A stretch of 64,000 bases of DNA from Eledone cirrhosa (lineage: Eukaryota): the NCBI GenBank assembly GCA_964016885.1, contig OZ024742.1, positions 103,106,001 through 103,170,000 on the forward strand, given 5' to 3'. The stretch's first letter is position 1. Each line of letters opens with the position of its first letter. Below the pieces are notes generated by a model. It was not told the DNA's origin. It worked only from the letters and a program-made list of their open reading frames with translations, and made no database searches. The position numbers and the translations under genes were made by a program. This document shows positions 1 to 12,497 of this stretch, piece after piece.

Positions 1-369
1 ATAAAAGAAAAAAACAACACAAAATACAATTACCCAACAAAAGCAAAAGTAAAATTCAGTCACTATACTGGTACGAAGAGGTCAAACTTAATCAGGTCAC
101 AATTGCTTTCAGTTCCTGGTTTCCGTCGAGTTATGGCTATTCGTGGTGGTTTGGAGACCGGGAAGATCAAATATCAAGGTAGTACACAATACATGTTTAG
201 TACAGTGTAAATAAATAACATTACAAATTGTTCACAATTCTTTCGGAATGAAAATATAAACATATATAATAAATACGATTAATTATTGCTAGGAACTTTA
301 CAAATACGACGCACCAAAATATATGTTCAAAGCGAGAGAAAGAAAAAAAAAATGACCATCAATTCAACA

Positions 370-930
370 CAAGGGGTCAATGGTATTTTTTTAGGCAAGC
401 CAACACGCTTGCAGCATTACCGTGGATAATGGCGAGGCTAAGACGCTGAAACAACCAGGCACCCTTATGGGCATCACTTGACACCTCGGTAAAACGAGCC
501 GCCAATAATGACAATAACTTCGTTGTCAGCGGCCCAACTCCACCAAACGTCTCGAACGAACGTCACAAGCTGGAAAAAATAATTGCTTGATAGTTTCCGG
601 TAATTTCGGATTTTATTCTGTTTGGCAATGGAATCTGTGACCCTCACATTTACCGCGGCATCCATGATGTCGGAGGGAACAAAAGTGTCATTGACTGTGG
701 CGTCCCAGATGAGACGTCTGCCTCTTACACAAGGACAAAGGGTAAGACTATATGGTCTCTTCCCATCAATTCTGGATAGTCCAGCCGGCTCCAGAACTGA
801 GGGGATAATTATCCGAGCCCTCTTAATGATCAGGTTTAGCTCGGTGTGACGAGCGAAGAGACCCTCACTCAGGTGGCAGGACAAACCATGAAGGCCTGTG
901 ACGTTGAGGGACCTACCAAAGCAACATCTC
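370..930 (-). mobile_element. CRE-clade non-LTR retrotransposon relic, C-terminal restriction-like endonuclease (RLE) region
   Basis: ORF 474..884 contains RHTELN...IPSVLEPAGLSRIDGKRP...RRLIWDATVNDT, matching the CRE-type RH..LN / DGKRPDG / WD.T RLE segment; degenerate. Confidence 0.7.
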
Positions 931-1987
931 AGACATAATGATTTCTTTTATTTTTTTATAGACATAATGCATCTCTTTTATATCTTTTTTCCACGTTTGT
1001 CCTCCAACTGAAATTATTTCTTTATTTAAGCAAGCTTCATACCGAACTCACCACTAATGTTTCCTAAACAGCTCGTCATTTTCAAACACCTCACTCTGTT
1101 CTTCTTCATAATCTCTCTCTTCTCTTCTCACTCTTCTCTTTCTCTCTCTTCCTCCTGGTTTCGCTTCTCTTCCTTCTCTCTTTTTCCCTCGCACACTCTT
1201 TCTTGTTCTCTCTTTCTTTTAACCCTTCTTTCTCAGTCTTTCTCTTTCTCCCTTGCCCCTGCTCCGTGTTTTCTCTCTCTCTCTCCTGCCCTCTCTCTCT
1301 GTTTTTCTCTATCCCTTCTTAACCCCCCCCTCCTCTCTCTCCCTCTCTGTTTTTCATTCCTGTAATCCAGAAGTTTTTGCCCTGTTTATTTAGATTTAGT
1401 GATCCTTTAACATAAGATCTATTTGAAAGCGCTATGTCTACAGAAGCCTTATAATCAAAGCTTTAGCATTAATATTAGGGTTAGGTTAAGGTTAGAGTTA
1501 GGATTACACAGATCTATCTGTAATCATAAAGAAACACAGATTCGGAAAGGTCGGTGCTCAAATGAGAAGGAAATTTTCAACTATTTTATAATCACAGCCT
1601 TTGTTCCTGATTCCGCGGCGCATGTAACAGCGATGGAACCTTTAAGTGGTTGCTCAACCTGCTAGAAATGGCAGCCAAATCACCCTCACCTCACAGACTT
1701 AAAAAGCTAAATACATATATTCAAGGTAATGTAGTACTGGATTAATTATACCTTAAACAAAGACAAGATGGTTCCGGCTGGCGCACCTTTCATCGTGGGT
1801 ATGGTCGATCAGAGCTAACCTAACATTAAGGCCATCTAGACAGCCGCCCAAGGTGATGACCTAAGGCAGGCACCTTACTGGACCTTAAAGGATCACAGTT
1901 TTATATGGCGCATAAGTGGGAGAAGGGCAGGCACATTGTAGAGCAGACCAAGGGCGCTAAATACCCAGGTCCCGGGTATATATATAT

Positions 1988-2029
1988 ATGATTATGCTGC
2001 TACTACTACTGCTGTTGATGATAATGATA

Positions 2030-2082
<53 letters not shown>

Positions 2083-2283
2083 AACGGTGATAATGGTAAT
2101 GGTGATGATGAAGGTGATGATGGCGATGATGATGATGATGATGATGATGATAATGATAATGATAACGGTGATGATGATCGTGATGGTGATGATGATCGTG
2201 ATGGTGATGATGAAGATGATGACGATGATGAAGATGATGATAACGTTGATGACGGTGATAGTGATGATGATGACAATGATGGC

Positions 2284-2332
<49 letters not shown>
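1988..2332. repeat. (GAT)n compound microsatellite
   Basis: Direct reading; source of the poly-M/H/I/S pseudo-ORFs. Confidence 0.95.
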
Positions 2333-2333
<1 letters not shown>

Positions 2334-2521
2334 CGCAAGAGAATAATAAAGGAAACTGTATCACCATCATCAACATTATAAACATCATCAACAACAATAA
2401 CAACAACAACAGCTGTGATTTCTTACAGACAAGGTCAAATATACGACAACAATAAACAAATGATTTTGTTTATCTTGATACAAGGTCACGGTACACAGCC
2501 ATGTGTGTGTGTGTGTGTGAG

Positions 2522-2597
<76 letters not shown>

Positions 2598-2810
2598 TTT
2601 GCTGCTGTTGTTTAGCCCCAGGTCGTCCTTGAAAGAACCTACAACTCAGTCATTTCAGCAACGATTATTCCATTTAGAGGAGGGCCGGGTATAATGTACC
2701 CCAACTTATATTATCTAAAGTGTTCCTAAGGTTTTTTGTTTTTTTTTATATAAGGATATGGTGCTGAAAATTTGGTTGTTATTTCTAGCAGATGTGGCCA
2801 CAATATAGAG

Positions 2811-3333
2811 CAGCGTTTCTCAACCTTTTTACCCTTGTGGAACCCTTGAAATAGGTTCATTTCTCAGGGAACCCCTACATAAAAATTATTATATACCATT
2901 ATTGCGGTGGATTGGCTGTATTGGTAGAGGGTCGGACGCCATGCTTTGACGTATAGAGTTACGGCCCTTGCCTTTCTGAGTTCAAATCCCGCCAAGGTTA
3001 ACTTTGCCTTTCATCCTTACGGGGTCGATAAAATAAAGTACCAGTAATGCACTGGGTAATTGCTGGCCGTGTGCCTAACGTAGAAACAATTATTAATATC
3101 TATCTCTTATATTGACCTAGTTTTAAATAATATAAGAGGTTGAAGCCTTTCTTAAAATAAACAAGGATTTTCCGACAATATGCCGTAAATGCATAGTAAA
3201 ATTACGAATATAAAATTAAACAAAAATTACTTTTAAGAAATACATTAGTTTATTTATCACTGGTTCTCGCGGAACCCCTAGCGCACTCTTGCGGAATCCT
3301 AGGGTTCCGGGGAACACCGGTTGAGAAACGCTG
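2811..3333. mobile_element. hAT (Charlie-like) MITE with a nested SINE
   Basis: 15-bp TIRs CAGCGTTTCTCAACC / GGTTGAGAAACGCTG; 8-bp TSD ATATAGAG (2803-2810) / ACATAGAG (3334-3341). Confidence 0.85.
2904..3093 (+). mobile_element. tRNA-derived SINE with Nin/Deu-like central domain (the dominant SINE family in the window)
   Basis: A-box-like TGGC.GTAT.GG, B-box GAGTTCAAATCC, core GCCTTTCATCCTTACGGGGTCGATAAAATAAAGTACCAG, tail GTAGAAACAATTATT; more than 20 full or partial copies in the window. Confidence 0.85.
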
Positions 3334-4000
3334 ACATAGAGACTCAGCCATAAGCTGGTGTGGATTTGAAGACTCGTTAGAGCACTAGACAAAACACATA
3401 ACAGTATTTAGTCTCTGCACTTTATGTTTCGAGTTCAAATCTTGCCTCGGACAATTTTGCTGTTCAGCTTTCTAGGTTAAAAAAATAAAGTACCAATCAA
3501 ATACTGGCGTAGATTTATCGAATATTCCTTTCCCTGAAACTCATCAATGGAAACTCATTATTCTGTGTTCAGAGTTACGAAGTTACGGCTCCACACACAC
3601 ACACACATACACACTTACACATACACACATGGGTGGGGGTCATATATTTTTCTCCCCAATCTACCAAAACACATCTATTTGTATATGCGCTACAATTTAT
3701 CGCATATCGAATTTTTTTTTAATATCTTACTTGATATTTGATAATAGCTAAACTAATCACTAAATTGACCAAATTTGTCCCCCCACCCAATTCAGAAATG
3801 CTTCCATCGCCCCTGTACATACATACTTTTATTGAGTTACCCTTCTCTCCCTTTTCCATTTTACTAGCAGCTGTTTAGACAAAGTTAGATCCCTTTTTAG
3901 GCGTCACGGGAGGCATCCTATATTAATGCTTGAAGCGTATAAATTCCTTTAGTGACTATTTTGAAAATAATTTTCATACAACCAACTGTATCACGCGATA

Positions 4001-4433
4001 TAATAATTGTTTCTACTTTAGGCACAAGGCTAGCAATTACCCAGTACATTACTGGTACTTTATTTTTATCGACCCCGTAAGGATGAAAGGCAAAGTCAAC
4101 CTCGGCTGGATTTGAACTCAGATCGTAAAGGGACGTAACTATGCTGGAAAGCATGGCGTCCGACCCTCTACCGATACTGCCAATCCACTATAATAATTGT
4201 TTCTGACTCTCTATCGATACTGCCAATCCACCGCCCTTACCCTATAATAATTGTTTCTACATTTGGCACAAGGCCAGCAATTACCCAGTACATTACTGGT
4301 ACTTTATTTTATCGACCCCGTAAGGATGAAAGGCAAAGTTAACCTCGGCGGGATTTGAACACAGACCATAAAGAGACATAACTATGCTGGAAAGCATGGC
4401 GTCCGACTTTCTACCGATACTGCCAATTCACAC
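4001..4433 (-). mobile_element. Two tandem copies of the Nin-domain SINE
   Basis: Reverse complement of the SINE consensus at 4001-4190 and 4245-4433, with a duplicated head fragment between them. Confidence 0.85.
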
Positions 4434-5279
4434 CCTATAATAATGTACGGGAGACAGACCCATCATTTATTTTACTTTCGTTATTGAATACTTTCATTTA
4501 TTCAATTTAGACTTTAACAAAACACACAACCATATGTATAGGGAGGAATGTAAGCAACTACTATTATATAACTTCAGATTAGTCACAGAGTGAAGCATGC
4601 CCACAACTTCATTTATATTGTCACCAGAGAACGTTCAAATAATCTAAATTAAAATATCAGGAAGAATTATGATAAAATCTCTATGTAAATTTATATTTAA
4701 TATTACAGCGAACACGTGTTATTTTTAATTTATTGAGTTTAATTAAGACTTATTATTTATGTTGGTGTTGTTGAATTGGTTTGTGCTCTACTACAATATA
4801 AAAATATTTTGTTTTCTTGACAGGGCTGGAGCTTTGGCTAAAAATGTTCTTCATTTGTATAAAATAATTTTAGCCAAAACATTATTGTTATTATTATTCA
4901 TTAATTGAATAATTTCTATTATCTCACTTCTCATTAAAGGGCGGTGGATTGGCAGTATCAGTAGAGCGTTGGACAACATGATTTACAGCTTGAACTCCGA
5001 ATGTAAAGGACTAAAAGTAATGCCACAAAGCTCTAACAATTCTGGCAATCCACTGCCCTCCGTGGGAGACAGAAGTTCTGCTCTCAAACAAATTGAGCGC
5101 AATTGGCGAAATTGATGCACAAAGAGGTTCGATTCTTGAATTTTTAAAATGAAGAAAAACCTTTAAAACACGAGAAATACTAAAACACACTACTAAAGGT
5201 AACAGAAAAGGAAGAAAAGAAAAGAAATGAAAAGGAGAAAAAGAAAGAAGGATCAAGCGACGAAAGAAAGGAAGGGGGC

Positions 5280-5602
5280 GGGAGTCACTACATCCCAGTC
5301 AGAGGGGTGCCTCCGCCGTGCTCCGGGGACAAAACGGCAAAAGCATTACCGCGGACAATGACCAGAGACACCGGGGCTCCCTCCTCAAGTGAGCCGCCGT
5401 ATTTCCCACTTTACGGAGGAAATCAGCAGTGCAGGGACGAAGAACGCCAGAGGTCTTGGCAGTGACCGGTGCAAAGAGGAATTGGTCGGTTAGGTCCCAG
5501 TATTTGACTATCTTCCTCTCCTCCGCATTGTGGGCAGTGGGGCCCATGTTTATGGTAGAAGTGACAAGGTTGGAGACGGAGAACGAGACGCTGCACATCG
5601 CG
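5280..5602 (-). mobile_element. CRE-clade retrotransposon 3' relic
   Basis: AEERKIVKYWDLTDQFLFAPVTAKTSGVL matches the CRE C-terminal AE..K..KY..L...F.F.P.A.ET.G motif. Confidence 0.65.
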
Positions 5603-6200
5603 CTTCTTCTTCTTCTTCTTCTTCTTCTTCTTCTTCTTCTTCTTCTTCTTCTTCTTCTTCTTCTTCTTCTTCTTCTTCTTCTTCTTCTTCTTCTTCTTCT
5701 TCTTCTTCGTGGATGTTTCCCAACCATCTTACTCGATGTCTACCCTTGGGTCTCCTGCCGGTTGGTTTTGACCATAAAATCTGTCCAATGATTCTTTCCT
5801 GAGACATTCTAATCACATGTCCAGAATATCGGAGCTGTGATCTCTCAATTCGGAGAAGTAGTTGCTCTACCAGGAGTGACTCTCTGATCTCTGAGCTCCG
5901 CCCTCTATCAAGTAACTTACTCCAAAGACCCTTCGGAGGAACCCCATTTCGGCCGCTTGTATTTACGATCGTATTATTTCGGTTATTACCCATGTCAATT
6001 TTTTTAATGAAAATAATGAACAGGAGAGGTGATAGACCCACACCCGCATTGAATGGTTTCGATTTAACACTACTTATCCGAACACAAATATTTGGGCATT
6101 TGTATAGAGACATCAGGGCAACAAGAAGCTAACCATCGATCCAAAACTCCCGCAGAACCTTCCGCAGCAGGTCCCTTGGAACGCGGTCATATGTCTTTTC
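5603..6200 (-). mobile_element. Internally deleted RTE-clade LINE with a (GAA)n tail
   Basis: LSPLLFIIF, RIERSQLRYSGHVIRM, PTGRRPKGRHRVRW; (CTT)n at 5603-5708 on the plus strand is the tail. Confidence 0.75.
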
Positions 6201-7129
6201 GAGGTCTACAAAACAAAAATATACCTCTTTGTAATACTCGCACGATTTCTCCAAGGTGGGTGGGGGTAATTATATCAACCCTACCCCGGAAGGCAAAGTT
6301 GATCTTAGCGGGATTTAAACACAGAACGTTAAAGGGCCATAACTTGATGCTGAAAAGCATTTTGTCTGACGTTTTACCAGCAAGGTAATTCAACAAACTA
6401 GAAATAGCAGCCTATTCTTTCTCAAATCACACTTTAGAAAAGGGAACGTTAGAAAATGTTGTTCTGAGCTCCTTGTACACAGGAAAAATATGGAATAGTC
6501 GTAGTTTAAAAGCTAACCTGGGGTTACACAGTAGAAAAAGCCAGCCGCACAAAAACCTGGACACACTCTAGTATAAAACAATTAGACCCTGAATTATCTG
6601 AGTACTTAAATCTGCTAGAAACCTGGCTACACGAATTACAACCTACCAAATACAATCAGCCATCAGAGACTCGCACGCACACACACACTTACACTCAGAA
6701 AACACAAATACTAGGAGTTAGATATAACTCCTCTACACCATTCACAACAGAGAAGACATCTTATAAAATAATTTATTAAACAAAATATTTAAAAAGGAAA
6801 TGTAAACAAAGTTTATATCACAAAGTTTGTATCTTGGAAAACATAAGTTTATTTATATACCAAGGCCTCGCTTGCTGATGAAAATCAGAAGTAAAAGATG
6901 TGTAATTCCATATTCTGAGCTATAGGTGTTTATTTGTATATATTACACATACAGATGCATATATCCATCTGTGTGTCTGTGTGTAGGAATATAATAATTG
7001 ATTCAAGCCTTGGTGAACATATCAATGATTAGACTTGTAGTACATAAAGCAAAACAATCCACAAGCGCACTGATAGCAATCTGAGATATCATATATCGAC
7101 AGTCGATCGACTTTCGTCAAATCGGACCG

Positions 7130-7315
7130 AGGAAACAATGTTTCCGTTGGTCTTTCCAATTGCTAATACTCTCTATCGGCCGCAACTCCAGGTAGAAGGA
7201 GGACCGTGAAATAAAGTGTCTTGCTCAAGGACATAACGCACTGCCGGTCCGGGAATCGAAGTCACAACCTCACGATTGCGAATCCAATTCTCTTACCACT
7301 CAGCCATGCGCCTTC
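7130..7315 (-). mobile_element. tRNA-derived SINE, CORE/V-like family
   Basis: Minus strand reads GGCGCATGGCTGAGTGGTAAG...TTCGATTCCC...GTCCTTGAGCAAGACACTTT. Confidence 0.6.
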
Positions 7316-7424
7316 ACATATTATACATAGTCAGCATTAAAATAAGAAAACAGCAACAATGGCGAGCAAACAAGATATTAGGTAGATTGATACTTCTTCT
7401 ATGTGTACTTCCAATCTTTCCAAA

Positions 7425-7735
7425 CCTGGATATTGCCGCCCGTAACGAGGAGGAGCGGAAGAATTCCAAATACCGGGACATGACGAACCGTTTCCTTATC
7501 GTGCCGGTTGCCATCGAGACCGCTGGTGTCTTCGGTCAACGAACTTCCGTTCCCTCCATATGAGTGCATTCTATCTGAAAAAAGAGCCTCGTGGAGAGGA
7601 GTGGCTCTTGCGGGGGCTTTCGCTGGTTGTTCTTCTGTGGAAATGCCTTCAACATTTTCTCCGTAAGGCGCAGCTCAGACATACTGCATTGGCTGGGATG
7701 TAGTTTCTGCCGTTCGCTTCCTCCATTCGTTGACT
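7425..7735 (+). mobile_element. CRE-clade retrotransposon 3' relic
   Basis: AARNEEERKNSKYRDMTNRFLIVPVAIETAGVFG. Confidence 0.65.
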
Positions 7736-7755
7736 TTCATTATTTCATTTGTTTA

Positions 7756-7944
7756 GTGGTGGATTGGCAGTATCGGTAGAGAGTCGGACGCTATGCTCTC
7801 CAGCATAGTTACGTCCCTCTACGGTCTGAGTTCAAATCCCGCCGAGGTTCACTTTGCCTTTCATCCTTACGGGGTCGATAAAATAAAGTACCAGTAATGC
7901 ACTGGATAATTGATGGCCTTGTGCCAAAAGTAGAAACAATTATT
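7756..7944 (+). mobile_element. Nin-domain SINE with a ~20-bp TSD
   Basis: Full consensus; ATTATTTCATTTGTTTAGTG duplicated at 7739 and 7939. Confidence 0.9.
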
Positions 7945-8741
7945 TCATTTGTTTAGTGCAAACACATAATTTAATGGAAATTTGTTGAATAAAAAATTGT
8001 TTACCTATACAATTATCACAAACCAAAATATTCTGTAAAGAACACAAAACAGCACACTACACATCATAACAGATTCTACACAGACCACACCCAGATACCA
8101 CAAACACTACGAAACTAAATGACTAAAAATGAAAGCCCAGGTGGGTGGCTAAACGAAAGATAGCTTGTTGTAGTAGCAAAGTTCAACATACACACATCTT
8201 GTCACTACATGAACAACCACCTCTAAACACCCAGCCAAATACTCCGGAGCATTACCTCATCCTGAAAATACTATCTCTTCCACCCGGTCTTGATAAGCTA
8301 AACCAAACATATCATTGCGTTAATATTTTAACTAAACCCAAACATTGTGCTGGGAGCACACCACAATTAATGGCTTCTAATTTTGACACAAGGCCAAACT
8401 TTTTATTTTGTTAGGGGTCTATTATGTCGATGCCAGTACTTAACTGGTACTTTATTTTATCAACATAGGAAGTATCAAAGGCAAAGTCGACCTCGGTCAG
8501 ATTCGAACTGAGAAAGTAAATACTGAGAAAGAAAAATACTACTAAGCATTTGTCCGTCACTCTAACAACTGTGCCAACCTACAATTAACAACCTTTAGGA
8601 AAATAGTAGTTGATACTTTGATTTTGTCAATCTTGCTCACCTTTGCTGTGGTTACCGCCAGAATATACGGCTGTATAAGATTAGACCAGACAATGTAAAG
8701 AGTATAATACATCCAGAGTGCCACACTGGTGGTGGCGGTGA

Positions 8742-8776
<35 letters not shown>

Positions 8777-9248
8777 GTTAGTATCAGTTTTATTCTTCCT
8801 AGTGTACGTTAATACAATAGAGTGTAGACTTAGAGTTGAGATTAAAGTTGTTTCTAAACTTTGCTTTTGAATCGATTTAACACCTGCAATAAATAGATAG
8901 TATACAAACTGTATGTACAAGGTCAGAAAAAGGGGGTTAGTCTATTATACCGGCCCTAGTATCTAAACTATAATAAAGTAAGAAGCGCGGGACTGCGTAC
9001 GGTTTATAATTTGTTATCCCCTTAGTAAAATAAGGTGGATCATAATTTCTAATTTACACACAAGGCTAACAGTTTTGGGGAGCAGAGAAACGTTAATTGA
9101 ATCGACCTAAGTACGTAACTGGTACTTTAATTTATCGACCCCCAAAATATAAACAGTAAAGTTGGCCTCGACGGAATTTTCACTCAGAATGTAAGGAGCT
9201 GGAACAAATACTGCTAGGTACAAGTTAGCCAATCCACCGGCTTCACTA

Positions 9249-9468
9249 TACGAGGGTCGGCTAAAAAGTTAATAGGCTGACTATGACGGGTTGATGCTGG
9301 CGCTGTAAAATCTTGTATGCATTAATTTAAACTCTTCTTATTAATAACTGCATCGTTTCTTTCCAGGTACTGTGTTGAAAAATAAACCTCATTTGGTCAT
9401 TCCATGAGAGTATCGTAGTCAGCCTATGAACTTTTCAACCTATAAAGTTTTCAGCCGACACCTCGTGT
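9249..9468. mobile_element. Mariner/Tc1-type MITE
   Basis: Starts TACGAGGGTCGGCTAAAAAGTTAATAGGCTGAC and ends with inverted copies (GTCAGCCTATGAACTTTT...TTTTCAGCCGACACCTCGT); a related copy lies at 60343-60630. Confidence 0.7.
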
Positions 9469-9711
9469 AATATAATAACTTCAATATAGTTGTGCTGTAG
9501 GAACAGAGTCTTCACCGGTTCTGCAAGTTGTGTCGTCTATCGTATGTCGTCTGTCCCTGTACAACATGGAAGCTTAAGAAACATTCACACGCTGATACGA
9601 CAGGTCGTTAATATTTTTCTAAAAATATTTGTTCAGGCAATGGTATGTGAATTATGTCATTCTCTTTCTATTCCGACTGTTTTCCTGTAATCATTACTCA
9701 GCAAAGTTGAC

Positions 9712-10090
9712 GCAGTATGGCTGAATGGTTAAGAGGTTTGATTCGCAATCATTAGTTTCCGGATTCAATCCTATTGAGTAGCATCTTGAGCAAGTGTAAT
9801 TTTCCATTGCCTCGGATCGACTCATGTCTTGTGAGTGTAACTGGATTGATGGAAACTGTTCGGAAGCCTGTTGGATGGACTATATCTGTAAATGAACAGT
9901 CTTGTTACACACTGTGTCACGCTGAATATCCCTGAGTATTATGTCACGCAGAATATCCCTGAGTATTATGTTAAAGGTACACGTGTCTATGGAATATTCA
10001 GCCACTTGCACGTTAAATTCACGAGAAGGCTGTTTCGATAACTGAACACTTGGAGCACTCATCGCTGCAACCGATGGAGATGCATTCCAT
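9712..10090 (+). mobile_element. Long tRNA-derived SINE; second copy at 39363-39850 is interrupted by a Nin-SINE at 39452-39638
   Basis: tRNA-like head TGGCTGAATGGTTAAG...GGATTCAATCC; body shared with 39640-39850 (GGAAACTGTT.GGAAGCC, GCTGAAT.TCCCTGAG, CACTCATCG). Confidence 0.65.
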
Positions 10091-11131
10091 TCGCAGTAAA
10101 ACATTATCTATACAAATTTATTTATACAAAATATTGGTTTCTCATTTAGGCACAAGACCAACAATTTGGGGGAAGGATAAAGTCGATTAAATCTACCTAG
10201 TGTATTACTGGTACTTTATTTTATCGACCCCGTAAGGATGACAGGCAAAGTTAACCTTGGCAGGAGTTGAACTCAGAACATAAAGGGTCATAACTCTATG
10301 TTGCAAAGCATGGTGTCTGACGCTCTACCAATACTGCCAATTCACCACCCTTATCTATACAAATTATTGATGGAAAATTATTAGAGCACCAAACATCAGC
10401 CTTTGTAGTATCTAGTTAATTCTGTACATTTTAATTTCAAACTGCGAGCGAGGACAATAGCAGCTTTCATCTTACCGAGGTCGTTAAAATAAAGAACCAG
10501 TCATATACAATAGTGAAGATTAGCAACTGCCCGAAGACGGTGGATTGGTAGAGTCGCTAGATCGTCGGATGGAATGCATAGTAGTATTCATTACGGCCCT
10601 TTAAGATATTAGTTAAAATCCCATCCCACCGGGGTCAACTTTTTCTTTTCATCCTTCAGGGGTTGTAAAATAAAGTACTTGTTAAGTACTGGAGTTGATA
10701 TAAGCGACTTTGGCCTCCCCGCAAAAAATTGCTAGTCTTGTACCTAAATTAGAAATAATAAAAGACTAGTGGGTGGGTAGAGCGTCAGATAAAACACCAC
10801 TGCGGTATTTATTCTGGCTTTTTACATTCTGAGTTCAAATCACTCCAAGGTCGACTTTGCCCTACTCCCAGGCCAAAAGTAAAAATCAACATTATCTTCT
10901 GTCCACCCCATCCCAGCACCAAATTTCTTGTTTTGTACTACCAATTTTCAGGTAATTTGTTATGACGGGTCTAGAAACATCTGACTGATAAAATGACAAG
11001 TCAGTCAGTCATAGCTTTGCCTTTCATCCTTAGGGGGTTGGTAAAATAAAGAACCAGTAACGCAATGGGGTCGATTTAATTGACTTTCTCCTTCCCTTCA
11101 AATTGCTAGCCCAGTGTCAAAACTAGAAGCA

Positions 11132-11144
11132 ATTACTACTACTA

Positions 11145-11179
<35 letters not shown>

Positions 11180-11274
11180 ACTACTGCTGCTACTGCTGCT
11201 GCTGCTGCTGCTGCTACTACTACTGCTGCTGCTGCTACTGCTGCTATTACTGCTGCTACTACTGCTACTGCCAT

Positions 11275-11362
<88 letters not shown>

Positions 11363-11412
11363 ACTACTGCTACTGCTGCTGCCATTACTACTACTACTAC
11401 TACTACTACTAC
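11132..11412. repeat. (ACT)n/(GCT)n compound microsatellite at a SINE tail
   Basis: Direct reading; immediately follows the SINE 3' end CTAGAAGCAATT. Confidence 0.9.
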
Positions 11413-11697
11413 AGTTGCCAGCTGTCATCTACATGCTGGTCAGTGTTGTAAGACTATAGCTGGTGTGTCTGCAACACCCTACACCGTCCTCCTTCACTCT
11501 CTCTCTCTCCTTCACTCTCCCTCTCTCACTTGCAGTCATTCACGTTGCACACACAAACCCAACAGTACAATATACGTTAAGATCCGCATTGCTTAACTAC
11601 TGATTGGGCAGTTACATAAGATGCATGTTTGTTAAGCTGACAGTAACGTAACACAAACAACAATGTTAAGTTATGGCTGCAACTAATGCTTATTAGA

Positions 11698-12497
11698 GTG
11701 GTGGTGGTGGTGGTGGTGGTGGTGGTGGTGATGGCATTGCTGGAGATAGTGGTGGTGGTGGTGGTGGTGGTGGTGGTGGTGGTGGTGGTGGTGGTGGTGG
11801 TGGTGGTGGTGGTGGTGATGGCATTGCTGGAGATAGTAGTGGTGGTGGTGGTGGTGGTGGCGGTGGTGGTGGTGGTGATGGCGGTGGTGATGGCATTGCT
11901 AGAGATAGTGGTAGTGGTGGTGGTGGTGGTGGTGGTGGTGATGGCATTGCTGGAGATAGTGGTGGTGGTGGTGGTGGTGGTGGCGGTGAGAGTGGCGGCG
12001 ACGTTAACATTTCTTGTGATGGTGATGGTGATGGGACGACATTCCTGGAAATAGTAGTGGTGGTGGTGGTGGTGGTGGTGGTGAGAGTGGCGGCGACGTT
12101 AACATTTGTTATGATGGTGATGGTGATTGTGGTGGTGTTGGTGGTGGTGGTGGTGGTGTTGGTGGTGGTGAAGGTAATGGTGACGACGTTGCTGGAGATA
12201 GTAGTAGTGGTGGTGGTGGTGCTGACATTGCTGGAGATAGTAGTGGCGGTGGCGGTGGTGGTGGTGGTGGTGGTGGTGGTAGTGATGGCATTGCTGGAGA
12301 TGGTGGTGGTGATGGTGGTGGTGGTGGCAGCAGCTGCATTGGTGACGATGACATTTCTGGTGGCGGGGACGTTGACGACATTCACATTTCTGGTGGTGGT
12401 GGCGGAGGTGACGTTGACTTTTGGTGGTAGTGGTAGTGGTGGTGGTAGCTACGACGTTGACATTTCTTGTAGTGGGGATGGTGGTAGTGGCGGTGTT
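11698..12497. repeat. (GGT)n minisatellite with a repeated ATGGCATTGCTGGAGATA spacer
   Basis: Direct reading; the spacer recurs about 6 times. Confidence 0.9.

Noticed and set aside
1476-1503. Telomere or interstitial telomeric site
   Set aside because: Only about 5 degenerate units
1957-2455. Poly-His/Met/Ile/Ser ORFs (also at 11098-12500, 37431-38878 and 49861-50340)
   Set aside because: Translations of trinucleotide microsatellites, open in several frames, with no domain content or splice support
2904-3000. tRNA genes at SINE heads
   Set aside because: A and B boxes are present but there is no full cloverleaf, and each is fused to a SINE body
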